A DNA stretch of 64,000 bases from Picochlorum sp. SENEW3 (Eukaryota), in contig CP120454.1 of the NCBI GenBank assembly GCA_034226945.1, positions 682,001-746,000 of the forward strand, read 5' to 3'. Shown in pieces: positions 36,064 through 45,572 of the stretch; within the stretch, counting starts at the first letter, position 1; each line of letters opens with the position of its first letter. Below the pieces are notes generated by a model. It did no database searches. It was not told where the DNA came from and was given only the letters and a program-made list of their open reading frames with translations. Position numbers and translations under genes: made by a program.

Positions 36064-37160
36064 ATGGATACGAGCACGGCTCCGGAATTCCTGTATGGCA
36101 AACATAAATACCAATGTGTACGTAAAAACTATTTCATGAATGATACCAGGGGTGTCTGGATAAAATTTCTACGCTCTTTCTGCTGCAGGTAAGAAGGTTG
36201 AACAGCGGAACCTTTGGGTTCGTGAAGATGGCTATTGATCTTGATACTGGTAAGCAGGTGGCTGTGAAATTTCTTGACAGAGGGGAGAAGATATCCAAGT
36301 ATGTGGAGAGGGAGATTTTGAACCACAGGAGATTGGTGCATCCGCATATTGTCAGGTTTCGGGAAATTTTACTGACAGAGTATCATCTCTGCATTGTCAT
36401 GGAATACGCAGCTGGCGGGGATATGTTTGATTATGTGTTGAAACGTGGTGGATTGGCTGAGAAGGAAGCGAGGTGGTTTTTTCAGCAACTGATTGTTGCT
36501 ACGGACTTTATGCATCGCATGGGGGTTGCCAACAGAGATATCAAATTGGAGAATACACTGTTGGATTCGAGCCCCAAACCATTGATCAAGTTGTGTGATT
36601 TTGGATATTCCAAGCATGAAAAATTTCAAAGTGCGCCTGGGTCTCGTGTGGGGACGCCGGCGTATTTGGCGCCAGAGGTGATTCTGACGACCAAGGGCGG
36701 CACGTATGATGGCAAGATGGCTGACATTTGGTCCTGTGGGGTAATGCTCTATGTCATGTTGTTGGGCTCGTATCCGTTCGAGAGGATTGAAGACAAACAT
36801 TCTCCGAATCGATTACAACATATGATTCAACGAATTCTCAAAGTGGACTATGAGTTGCCCGACTCTCTCAAAAGGTCAGAAGATTTGTGTGATTTGCTGA
36901 GCAAAATGTTGGTGTCAGACCCAGAGGAGAGGATTCGGCTGGAGGAGATTTACAACCATCCGTGGTTTAATAAAGACTTGCCTCGAGGAGTGAAAGAAAT
37001 GAATGATAGAATTACAGCGCCGTTGGGAGGCTATCAAACCGAAGAGGAAATACGACACTTGCTGAGCCAAGCAAGTGACATCCCCAAGGAGAGTGGACAT
37101 TCCACAGGAACCCAATGGAGTAACAGTCGCATTGACGCCATGTTGTCTAGTCAGCAGTGA
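36064..37160 (+). CDS. SnRK2-family Ser/Thr kinase (paralog A); intron 36118-36188
   Basis: LNSGTFGFV, VEREILNHRRLVHPHIV, NRDIKLENTLLD, KLCDFGYSK, SRVGTPAYLAPEV. Confidence 0.92.
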
Positions 37161-37184
37161 TATACTATAGCGAAGAAGAATGAT

Positions 37185-38231
37185 TCATTTTTGTTTTGAA
37201 CCCGTGATTAAAACAAATCTTACCAAACCTGTCTGCAAGCCTTTCGCCATGAGCGGCATGACAAATGCCCCTCGCAGTGTCTTCCATCCGGACTTGAGCA
37301 GTCCAACCATTCCTTGAATACTCAACGCTGATTTGATGACCTGGCCCCAAAAGGGAGCAACTTCCCTGCTCCAATCTGCTATTCGTATATTCTCCATCCC
37401 TTGGGATTCAAACAGAGACACATAGTCATCAACACTGCACCACTGTGGCAGATAGTATGCGTCACATATTTGATCCAATAGGGTAGTTTCTTCCGCCGTT
37501 AATGTCTCCTCTCCCGGATCCAACACTCTATGACACCATGTGACGATAATCACCCGCCCACCAGGAGCAGCAACCCTGATAAGCTCGTCGACAAACCGCT
37601 TCTTATTTGGCATGTGTTCTCCGCTTTCCAAAGACCATACCAAATCAAACGTATTGTCCTCAAAGGGCTGATCCAACGCATCCGCCACACGTAACTCTAC
37701 CTCGGATCCTAGTCCCTGTGCTTTGGATATTTCATTACCTCGACGAGCTTGGTATGGACTTAGCGTGATACCTTGTGCCGTGCACCCAAATTTCTTTGCA
37801 ATATGCCTTGAGCTCCCTCCCAGACCACAACCCACATCAACCATGGATTTGACAGATTCCACCCCAGCCCAGGACAACACGTTATCAATCATATCAACCT
37901 GAGCTTGCCTATTACTCTTCTTCCTCGTCTGCTGTTCCTGTCCTTGTTCATCATCAGAGACATCGTAGTATCCATGGTGAAGATGATCTCCCCACATGTC
38001 TTCCCATAGGGCTGTGGAAGAATCGTAGAATGCGGCGATACCCTTGTTTAAAACATCCCTACTACGCTGAGGCAATTGACCACTACGTTGGACTTCCTCA
38101 TACTCTTTAGAAGAAGCATGGCATCGGAATCTCTGAATTCTCTTACCACGAGAGGGACAGACAATGTGGCGTTGATCTTGGTTGGTTCTGTTGGCATTCA
38201 AAGCCCTTTGCTGCCCAGCAAAGGTTGTCAT
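37185..38231 (-). CDS. VTE4: Gamma-tocopherol methyltransferase, plastid
   Basis: GIAAFYDSSTALWEDMWGDHLHHGYY, VDVGCGLGGSSR, FDLVWSLESGEHMP, IIVTWCHR, ICDAYYLP. Confidence 0.93.
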   Translation of the reverse strand: MTTFAGQQRALNANRTNQDQRHIVCPSRGKRIQRFRCHASSKEYEEVQRSGQLPQRSRDVLNKGIAAFYDSSTALWEDMWGDHLHHGYYDVSDDEQGQEQQTRKKSNRQAQVDMIDNVLSWAGVESVKSMVDVGCGLGGSSRHIAKKFGCTAQGITLSPYQARRGNEISKAQGLGSEVELRVADALDQPFEDNTFDLVWSLESGEHMPNKKRFVDELIRVAAPGGRVIIVTWCHRVLDPGEETLTAEETTLLDQICDAYYLPQWCSVDDYVSLFESQGMENIRIADWSREVAPFWGQVIKSALSIQGMVGLLKSGWKTLRGAFVMPLMAKGLQTGLVRFVLITGSKQK

Positions 38232-38424
38232 TGTTCTTTTTTTTAATGTAATCAAAACATGGGGACTGATCAGTATCGATCAAGTACTATGGAGATTCTT
38301 GGATGTGACACCGTCTCTTCGTAAATAAATACTATAAATACTACGTGTCATCCGCGTCATGAGTGTGGGTCGATCTACCACGGCGATCTCATACTTAATA
38401 TGTTCAAGTAATGCAATTTACAGT

Positions 38425-39601
38425 ATGACTGGGCAGTCTCGGCATGGAAATGGGCACAGCAGTGGTGCTACCCAAGGAGATCCTCTCCATGGGCACGACA
38501 CCTACAAAAAGGTATGTTTGGGCTATAGATGGGCATGCTAGATACATGACTGATTATGGTTATATATTTGGTGTACAGATACGCGAGTTGAATAGGGGAG
38601 CATATGGTTTAGTGGTCTTGGCCGAGGACAGGCATACTAGGGAAAAGTTTGCTTTGAAATTCATTGAACGAGGTCCACGGAGTGTGAGTCGATATGTTCA
38701 CAGAGAAATTGTGAATCATATGAAACTGAGGCATCCTCACGTCATCTCCCTTAGAGAGGTCTTTCTGACCCAGCAGCACTTGGTCTTGGTGATGGAATAT
38801 GCCCCAGGGGGTGATTTGTTCTCCCTGGTGCAGAGTCAGAAAGGGCTCTCTGAAGACGATGCTCGATGGTTCTTTCAACAGATTGTGATAGCGATTGATT
38901 ATTGTCATCAACTTGGCGTGTGTAGTAGAGATATTAAGTTGGAAAATACGCTGTTAGATAGCAGTCCGAGGCCATTGGTCAAGCTCTGCGATTTTGGGTT
39001 TTCAAAAGATGCGAATTACCATAGTGCTCCGACGTCTCGGGTAGGTACCCCGGCATATTTAGCGCCTGAAGTGATAGCTGCTGGTGAAGGGGCGAAATAT
39101 TCCGGCACGGCGGCGGATATTTGGAGTCTTGGAGTTTTGTTGTATGTCATGCTCTGTGGGGCATATCCATTTCGAAGAAAAGAGGATGATGCAAAGAACT
39201 CTGCAGCGAAAATGGATGCATTGCTTCAAAGAATTAAAGCAGTTGATTATTGTTTCCCATCGCATGTCCGTATTTCCGACGGAGCGAAGGATTTGGTGTG
39301 CAGCATGTTGGTTGGGGATCCATCCAAGAGGGCAACGCTGGCAGACATTATGGAACATGAGTGGTTCCGACAGGGTCTCTCACCAGAAGTGCTATCATTT
39401 AATGAACCATTGGTAGATAAGAGTAAGTCTGAGCCTGTCACGAGAGAGATTGAAGAGGAAATTGCTAGGATTGTCAAGGAAGCAGAGGATGTTCCAAACG
39501 CCCATGTTCCATACATGGAGGATGTGGATGCCATGTTGGACGATGGTGAGGACCAGCATCAGACTGCTGAGCAATTACGACTGATGAATGAGACAGTCTG
39601 A
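38425..39601 (+). CDS. SnRK2-family Ser/Thr kinase (paralog B); intron 38512-38578
   Basis: REIVNHMKLRHPHVI, SRDIKLENTLLDSSPRPLVKLCDFGFSK, SRVGTPAYLAPEV; acidic tail. Confidence 0.92.
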
Positions 39602-39719
39602 TGGGATATATTATTTTTGTAAGTAGTAACACGGCGGATACGTACACAAGGCGGAGAGTACATGTCATGGAGAAGAGTTCAAGTAACAGCGACAGTGATT
39701 GATAGGCTCGGTTACTACC

Positions 39720-40604
39720 ATGATGCGTACACAGTTATTGCATATTAATCATGTGGAATGGCCCAAGGCTGCGCAAAGGGAACATCGGTACCCTCCTGGA
39801 GTGGTGCGAACACATTCTCCCTTTCTGAGAACCACACAAAGAGAAGGAAAGAGAGGGGGGCGTCCATTACGGAGTCGAGAACGAGATGACGACGATAGAT
39901 TTTTAGATGAACGATTGGAGAGTCCAGATCCATCGAAGAAGAGCAAATTTGTGCGATTTTCAACACCAACAGAGACCATCCTCAGGGAACGGTTGAGTTC
40001 ATTCAGGAAAGAATACAAGGACCCCGACGGAGAATCCGATGAAGCCGTATTAGTAGTGAAGGCATTATCAAACGAGTGGATAGACTCATGTGCGGATTTG
40101 CTGACTGAATCATTTGCAGACAGCATGGGATATATGAGTGTGTATAAAAAGTTTCTGCGGAATCAGATTGGGGAGTATTTGAATAATCATGTGCGCTTGC
40201 TCCCAAAAACTGTCATTTTAGTTGGTATTATTCCTCGATCTGCCATTGGTGATGGTCAGGAAGACATTTTGGCAGGTACTGTCGAAATTTCATTTTCCTC
40301 ATCAACGAGAACAAAACATCTCACCTTGAACCCACCCCAGGATATGCCATACCTTTGTAACATGGCCGTGCAGCCAGAGCAGCGAGGTAAAGGATATGGC
40401 CGATTGCTTCTTGACGCTGCAGAGCAGCTCATCCTATCAACTGGATACACAGATGTCTTCCTTCATGTCAGGCATGAAGATCCACCCGCATTGTCACTGT
40501 ATAGAACATCAGGATTCGTCGAAGAAGGAGAAGATTGGAGCATCATACAGGTATTTGGATTAGACAGGCGGTACCTTATGAGAAAGTCACTCGCCAAAAA
40601 ATGA
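39720..40604 (+). CDS. GNAT-family N-acetyltransferase, probably plastid
   Basis: YLCNMAVQPEQRGKGYGRLLL acetyl-CoA binding motif; ALSLYRTSGF. Confidence 0.88.
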   Translation: MMRTQLLHINHVEWPKAAQREHRYPPGVVRTHSPFLRTTQREGKRGGRPLRSRERDDDDRFLDERLESPDPSKKSKFVRFSTPTETILRERLSSFRKEYKDPDGESDEAVLVVKALSNEWIDSCADLLTESFADSMGYMSVYKKFLRNQIGEYLNNHVRLLPKTVILVGIIPRSAIGDGQEDILAGTVEISFSSSTRTKHLTLNPPQDMPYLCNMAVQPEQRGKGYGRLLLDAAEQLILSTGYTDVFLHVRHEDPPALSLYRTSGFVEEGEDWSIIQVFGLDRRYLMRKSLAKK

Positions 40605-40633
40605 ACAGTGTATTTACATTTTAGTTTTAATAC

Positions 40634-40888
40634 TCAACTCAACACATCAGGTGTCGACCTCCCGGGCAGTTTACTAACAGCAGGATCGGCATTGGTCTCA
40701 TACTTGGCAGAAAGCTTTTCATCCTTCCAAAATCCCCAAGGCTTGGTGGGCAGAGAAAGATACCTTGCCGTGGTCTGTGCTCGCGCTGTCTCCCGGTTCA
40801 GGTTCTCCTCCCATTCGCTCCTTCTATCCTCCGAGCTCTGCATACTAGCCTCTATTTTTTGTCTAATGTAATCCAAAAAAAAGTTCAT
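40634..40888 (-). CDS. Mitochondrial complex I plant-type accessory subunit P1-like (84 aa)
   Basis: MNFFLDYIRQKIEASMQSSEDRR...LSLPTKPWGFW...DPAVSKLPGRSTP resembles the plant P1 pattern (LPxxPxGFW...DPxxSxxxGR) as recalled. Confidence 0.65.
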   Translation of the reverse strand: MNFFLDYIRQKIEASMQSSEDRRSEWEENLNRETARAQTTARYLSLPTKPWGFWKDEKLSAKYETNADPAVSKLPGRSTPDVLS

Positions 40889-41215
40889 GGTGATAGAGTC
40901 GGTGCGATTGATGCGCAAATGTCATGAACCAGACAATCGAGGGCAACGTCTTCCACGTGCGCAGTCACACTGTCTACTGCAAGAAGAGCTTTCAATTTTT
41001 TTAATTACCAACACGATTCAATCGTGTGCACCTAATCAAGAGTCGTCGACAATGAATTCCGTAATTAAACTCCAGCTCGCGAGCTCGCTCGAGATTCCAT
41101 TCAAGGAATCCACGTCGTCGTGGGCGACTCCTCAAATGCGGCGGAGAATCCCATACCAGGCATTAATTCTTTCATTTTCTATCATTTCATACACAAGATT
41201 TCAATCAAAGCAACA

Positions 41216-41912
41216 ATGGAGGTACGTTCACAGCCATCAGCGCCAAAGTCATGCCTTGGTCTGACTCCCTTGATCTGACCTCTGCATTCATCCTGATAGG
41301 CTCACGCCTCATCGCGCATGGATTATATTTCACAATGATCTCTAAAAATGCAATACTGAATGCATACGTATGGGCATCTTGTCTTGTCGCGCAGCAGCCA
41401 GTTCTCTGTGTGGCCGCTGCCAGGCGCCTCTTTTGCATCGTCGCGTATACTGACATATACCACATGTGCAGACCACATATGTTATGATCAAGCCAGATGG
41501 TGTGCAGCGTAACCTCGTTGCCCCAATCGTGGAGCGCTTCGTGTCCAAGGGATACATCCTCAGAGGTCTCAAGCTCATGAATGTGCCAAAGGAGTTGGCT
41601 GAGAAGCATTACGCTGATCTCTCTTCAAAGCCATTCTTCCCATCTTTGATTGAATACATCACCTCTGGTCCAGTCGTGGCAATTGCTCTTGAGGGAAAGA
41701 ATGTTGTTGAGCAGGCCAGAAAAATTATTGGAGCTACCAACCCATTGGCTGCTGACCCAGGAAGCATTCGCGGAACCTACTGTATTGACATTGGACGCAA
41801 TATCATTCATGGATCTGACTGCGTCGAGAATGCACAGAAGGAGCTTGCCTTGTGGTTCCCAGAAGGACTTGTGGACAATGTCCCAGTCCTCCATGGACAG
41901 ATTTACGAGTAA
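41216..41912 (+). CDS. NDK1: Nucleoside diphosphate kinase (cytosolic type); 6-nt first coding exon, intron 41222-41471
   Basis: [39 protein letters not shown] (catalytic His). Confidence 0.95.
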
Positions 41913-41970
41913 ATATCATCATCATGTAATAATGCATAGCAATTTTTCCATAGGAATTGATATTAAATAG

Positions 41971-43311
41971 TCACGCATCATTATATGAAATATCAAAATG
42001 GGTGAGTAATGAGACGTGATCACTCGGCCAAAATCCATGCGGTAAGCCCTTTGGTGTGATTGCATGAAGGGGTGGTGGTGCAAGTATCTGTGAGGGTGAG
42101 ATTGAAATCCCTCCTGGATTTCTCTGCTCCTTTCTTCCATTGGAATAGAATATATAATCCACCGTTCCAATGTACTTGTCATGGGCGGTCGTAAAGAATG
42201 GCTCCTCACCGCCGAGTATCTGTTGGTAGGAGCTTTTCACATCCAGTCCATGGCGTACCCTGCCTGTGGCCTGCGTCCCTGTTGCGAGATAAATTTCTTC
42301 TACTTTCCATGGCTTACTCGGCTTTTGCGTTTTCTTCTGACCGTCTCCGGGAGTACTCCTCAGAGTACAGGAGATTTGACCAGAAATGTGTCGACGATCT
42401 GATTCCAAGAAATCCAGCTCCCCCGTCAGAACGTACGAATGAAGAGAACTATTCGGTGCGCTATTAAAATCACCACACATGATGGCAGAAGAAGCGTGAC
42501 GCGTGTTCATCATATCTGCCATCCTATCCATCAAGATCCTCACCTGCCCTATTTTTATATCTCCTCTCTTGGGGTTGAACAGCACATGGATGTTGGAAAT
42601 AATCAGAGTGATTGACTTGGGAGAGGCAGACTTGAGAGCGTATATTTGCGCCACATTGTCTCGCAATCCATACTGTGCATAAGACACATCATTGGATGCG
42701 TCCAGTTGAAACTTTGACTTTTGCCAAAACATGGCCAGACCGTCTGGCCTCCCATTCGTTCGAGGTGTAAACCGTCCAATGTATCCATATGGACGTAGCA
42801 TTTGCTCTATATGCTTGAAACGATCGACTTCCTGCAGACACACAATATCAGGAGACCAATGAGATATCTCCTTCTCCAACAATCTGGCACGAGTTGACCA
42901 ACGGAGGCATGCACCAGGAACAGAAGAATATAGTTCTTTTGAATGCTGCTTCGCGTACGCATCCGCTAGAATATTGTATGACATGACAGATACACTGCGA
43001 AGACAGTCATCATCTCCTCCAGGTCCTGTATGGCCATGCTGCTCTTTCCCATCAGCATACAGATACACTCTCTTGCTAAAATGCGTCCCAGATTCCCTAT
43101 GTTTCCGTGCTGCTACGCTTGCATCTCCCTGGAGAAGTCGACTGTCCATATGACGATACTCTGGTCCACCAGACGAAGAGGTTGGGTTCGTTGACTGTGG
43201 ATGAGCGAATCGACAATCATCCCCAAATGCACATGCCCCTCTTTCAAAAAATCTGCACACTATTGTTTTCTGATACGAGCGATACTGGGACGAAGAAGGG
43301 GCTTTTCCCAT
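41971..43311 (-). CDS. CCCH zinc finger + CCR4/Angel/nocturnin-like EEP domain protein
   Basis: CRFFERGACAFGDDCRFAH; MSYNILA, CLQEVD, HVLFNPKRGDIKIGQ, CGDFNS, VDYIFY, PSDH. Confidence 0.88.
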   Translation of the reverse strand: MGKAPSSSQYRSYQKTIVCRFFERGACAFGDDCRFAHPQSTNPTSSSGGPEYRHMDSRLLQGDASVAARKHRESGTHFSKRVYLYADGKEQHGHTGPGGDDDCLRSVSVMSYNILADAYAKQHSKELYSSVPGACLRWSTRARLLEKEISHWSPDIVCLQEVDRFKHIEQMLRPYGYIGRFTPRTNGRPDGLAMFWQKSKFQLDASNDVSYAQYGLRDNVAQIYALKSASPKSITLIISNIHVLFNPKRGDIKIGQVRILMDRMADMMNTRHASSAIMCGDFNSAPNSSLHSYVLTGELDFLESDRRHISGQISCTLRSTPGDGQKKTQKPSKPWKVEEIYLATGTQATGRVRHGLDVKSSYQQILGGEEPFFTTAHDKYIGTVDYIFYSNGRKEQRNPGGISISPSQILAPPPLHAITPKGLPHGFWPSDHVSLLTHFDISYNDA

Positions 43312-43503
43312 ATCGTCGACAGGCTACTCGAAATAACTACACGCGTTTGCACGACCAACTGACTGCCATCCGTTGTTTTGACACCTAATTGATCTTTTTG
43401 GATCATTCAAATCGCCAATTCTGACTCTGATTTGATAATTTTCATGACAGCAGCCTTCTGGCGACACTGGCACTAGTCATCCTGCAGGAGCAGTTCATGA
43501 ATC

Positions 43504-44416
43504 ATGTGGATCCATGGTTCGACATGGAGAACACGTCTCCTCGTTCTGATGCACTCGGTGATACGGGGTCATCAACGGATTTCCATTGATAGTATTGGGG
43601 TCGCGAAGGCATCCACAGTCAGGAATGATTTCAGACAGCACAAACAGACCCATGTATGTTCCACCCATTCTGAGAATCCACATTGACCGCTGAAAGATGT
43701 CAATCTGCGTAAAATTCTGGACCCACATGATCGGCAGGCGTGTCTCACAGCATGCGTATATAAATGTCCTCCACTGCTCAGACTCGCTAGGTAATGTACC
43801 CAGTGCCACTGAATCAGTGGCCGTTGTCAACGTCTATGTCAATGATGCTCTCATGCCATAATGGGCTGCGTACGCTTTTGAAAAGTCTTTTTAAAATGAA
43901 AATTTTGGTAATAGAGTCATCAGCAATGGCGGAACATATTCTCAGGGATATCGGCAATAGACACGAGTTTGTTGTTGTGCAGCAGGCTGTGCCAGCAAAA
44001 CCAAGGGCCTCACGGCATCGATCTTCCAACAAGACCGAGGGTTTAGGAACTACAAGAAAGAAAAAAAATCTTCTCGAGCCAAGCGACAACCCGGTGTCAG
44101 AAGAGCAGCATACAAGTACAGCTGTCCTTGTATCAAGTGTGTTGGGAAGGATGTGCCCCTTTCGTACAAGTCCCCACGAGACCACGTAAAAGAAGCCAGA
44201 GGTAGATACAGGCGTGCTCACAAAAGTAAAGGATTGACTGAGGCCTACAGGAATAGGCTCATGGAGGAACGTCGCCGGATGGATGACTTTGAGGCTGACT
44301 TGCTCAAATATATTGCTGCAGAAGAAGGGGTTGGTCAGGACGATCAAATGCACGTGAACCCCGTTGAAAACCATGAGTCCAGCCCTGATGTGCAGTGCGA
44401 GCAGTTGAGAGGTTGA
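43504..44416 (+). CDS. Hypothetical basic protein; proposed exons 43504-43653, 43791-43869, 43983-44416
   Basis: Three ORF pieces join in frame across GTATGT..TAG and GTACGC..TGCAG introns. The last exon has an Arg/Lys-rich segment, CPCIKC and an acidic tail. Confidence 0.45.
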
Positions 44417-44427
44417 GAGGTTAAACC

Positions 44428-44580
44428 ATGATGATGGCCTAGCTGAACCCCTTCCACCTAGCTAGGTTCCACCTATAGGTGCACCTAGCCTGGCTACGTG
44501 GCCAGGCCTGGCCAGGTTGAGATCTAACTGGCCGAGATCCGCCCGTGCTTGTGGAGAGGGGGGCCATGTTCCATTCTGAT
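44428..44580. repeat. Cluster of nested short palindromes / inverted repeats
   Basis: acctagctaggt (44456-44467), cacctataggtg (44470-44481), taggtgcaccta (44476-44487), tggccaggcctggcca (44499-44514). Confidence 0.8.
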
Positions 44581-44772
44581 GCTGATTCCATCGACTGGAT
44601 TGACAATGCAGCATCATTCGTATTTCGTAAATATATATTGGATGATTGAGACTATTGGAGAGGACCGAGGACGGCATTGTACTCATTAGAGAGTGTGCGT
44701 GAGCGAGACACAAACGACGGCTGTGGTGCAGTACAACTGTTTGTGTGGTATTAAAATATAAAGTAATATAGA

Positions 44773-45537
44773 ATGCCAGTCCAGCCTGAGCCTATTTTAG
44801 ATATTGTGCGAGGACTGAGTACGGTGGCGTCGTTTGCCATCGTGGTGAACCAGCTCAAGTCCTTGTATGATGAATTTTTCACATCTACCTGTGATCGTTG
44901 TCGAGGTACTGGATGTCTAACATGCCCTCATTGTCATGGGTCAAAGACAATTCGCAAGCGACCTGGTTTTATTCGAGCGAGGGATTTGGCAGTGGTTGAT
45001 AACCCAGGAGATTCATACTCGTGCTTTTATTGTGGTCCGCCTACCACCTTTGATTTCAATCCAATGGCTCCGGATGATGAGGCCATGGCACTGAAGATTC
45101 AAGAGAATTTGAAGGCTGCATATGCGAATACCTGGCCTCGTCCTTTCGACCTGGGTGCATTGGCTGGTACAGTTCCTTGTACTGAATGTGGCGGGAACCC
45201 CAAGGTGAATAGGCTGACGCCAGATTTCGGGAAAATATTCGGCTTGGATGGGTCTTGGGACTTCAATATCTCTAAAAGAATTGGTGCGGTGAAAGTCGTT
45301 CCTCAAAGGCATGATGGAGACGGTGTTCCGGTGTTTTTCGGAGGGAAGAAGAATTTGTTAGAGTATCCTGCGTCACCTCCCATCCCGGTGGAATTGCCAG
45401 TGCCCAAGCCTGAGAAGGAAAAGAAAAAGGAAGATGGAAGTAATGAAAGTGCGGATTCTGGATTCAAAGTGACACACAAGTCTGCATTCAGTTTGGATGA
45501 TTACGTGCTTAATTTTGCATCTGATGATGAACAATGA
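44773..45537 (+). CDS. DnaJ-type cysteine-rich zinc-finger protein
   Basis: CDRCRGTG, CPHCHGSK, CFYC, CTECGG repeats after an N-terminal hydrophobic segment. Confidence 0.75.
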   Translation: MPVQPEPILDIVRGLSTVASFAIVVNQLKSLYDEFFTSTCDRCRGTGCLTCPHCHGSKTIRKRPGFIRARDLAVVDNPGDSYSCFYCGPPTTFDFNPMAPDDEAMALKIQENLKAAYANTWPRPFDLGALAGTVPCTECGGNPKVNRLTPDFGKIFGLDGSWDFNISKRIGAVKVVPQRHDGDGVPVFFGGKKNLLEYPASPPIPVELPVPKPEKEKKKEDGSNESADSGFKVTHKSAFSLDDYVLNFASDDEQ

Positions 45538-45572
45538 TGATTGTAATATTTATTTTCTCTCGGCTTGTTTAT

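Noticed and set aside
44428..44580. Telomerase RNA or U3 snoRNA identity for the palindromic element
   Set aside because: No CCCTAAA-type template and no U3 box A/B/C sequences visible.
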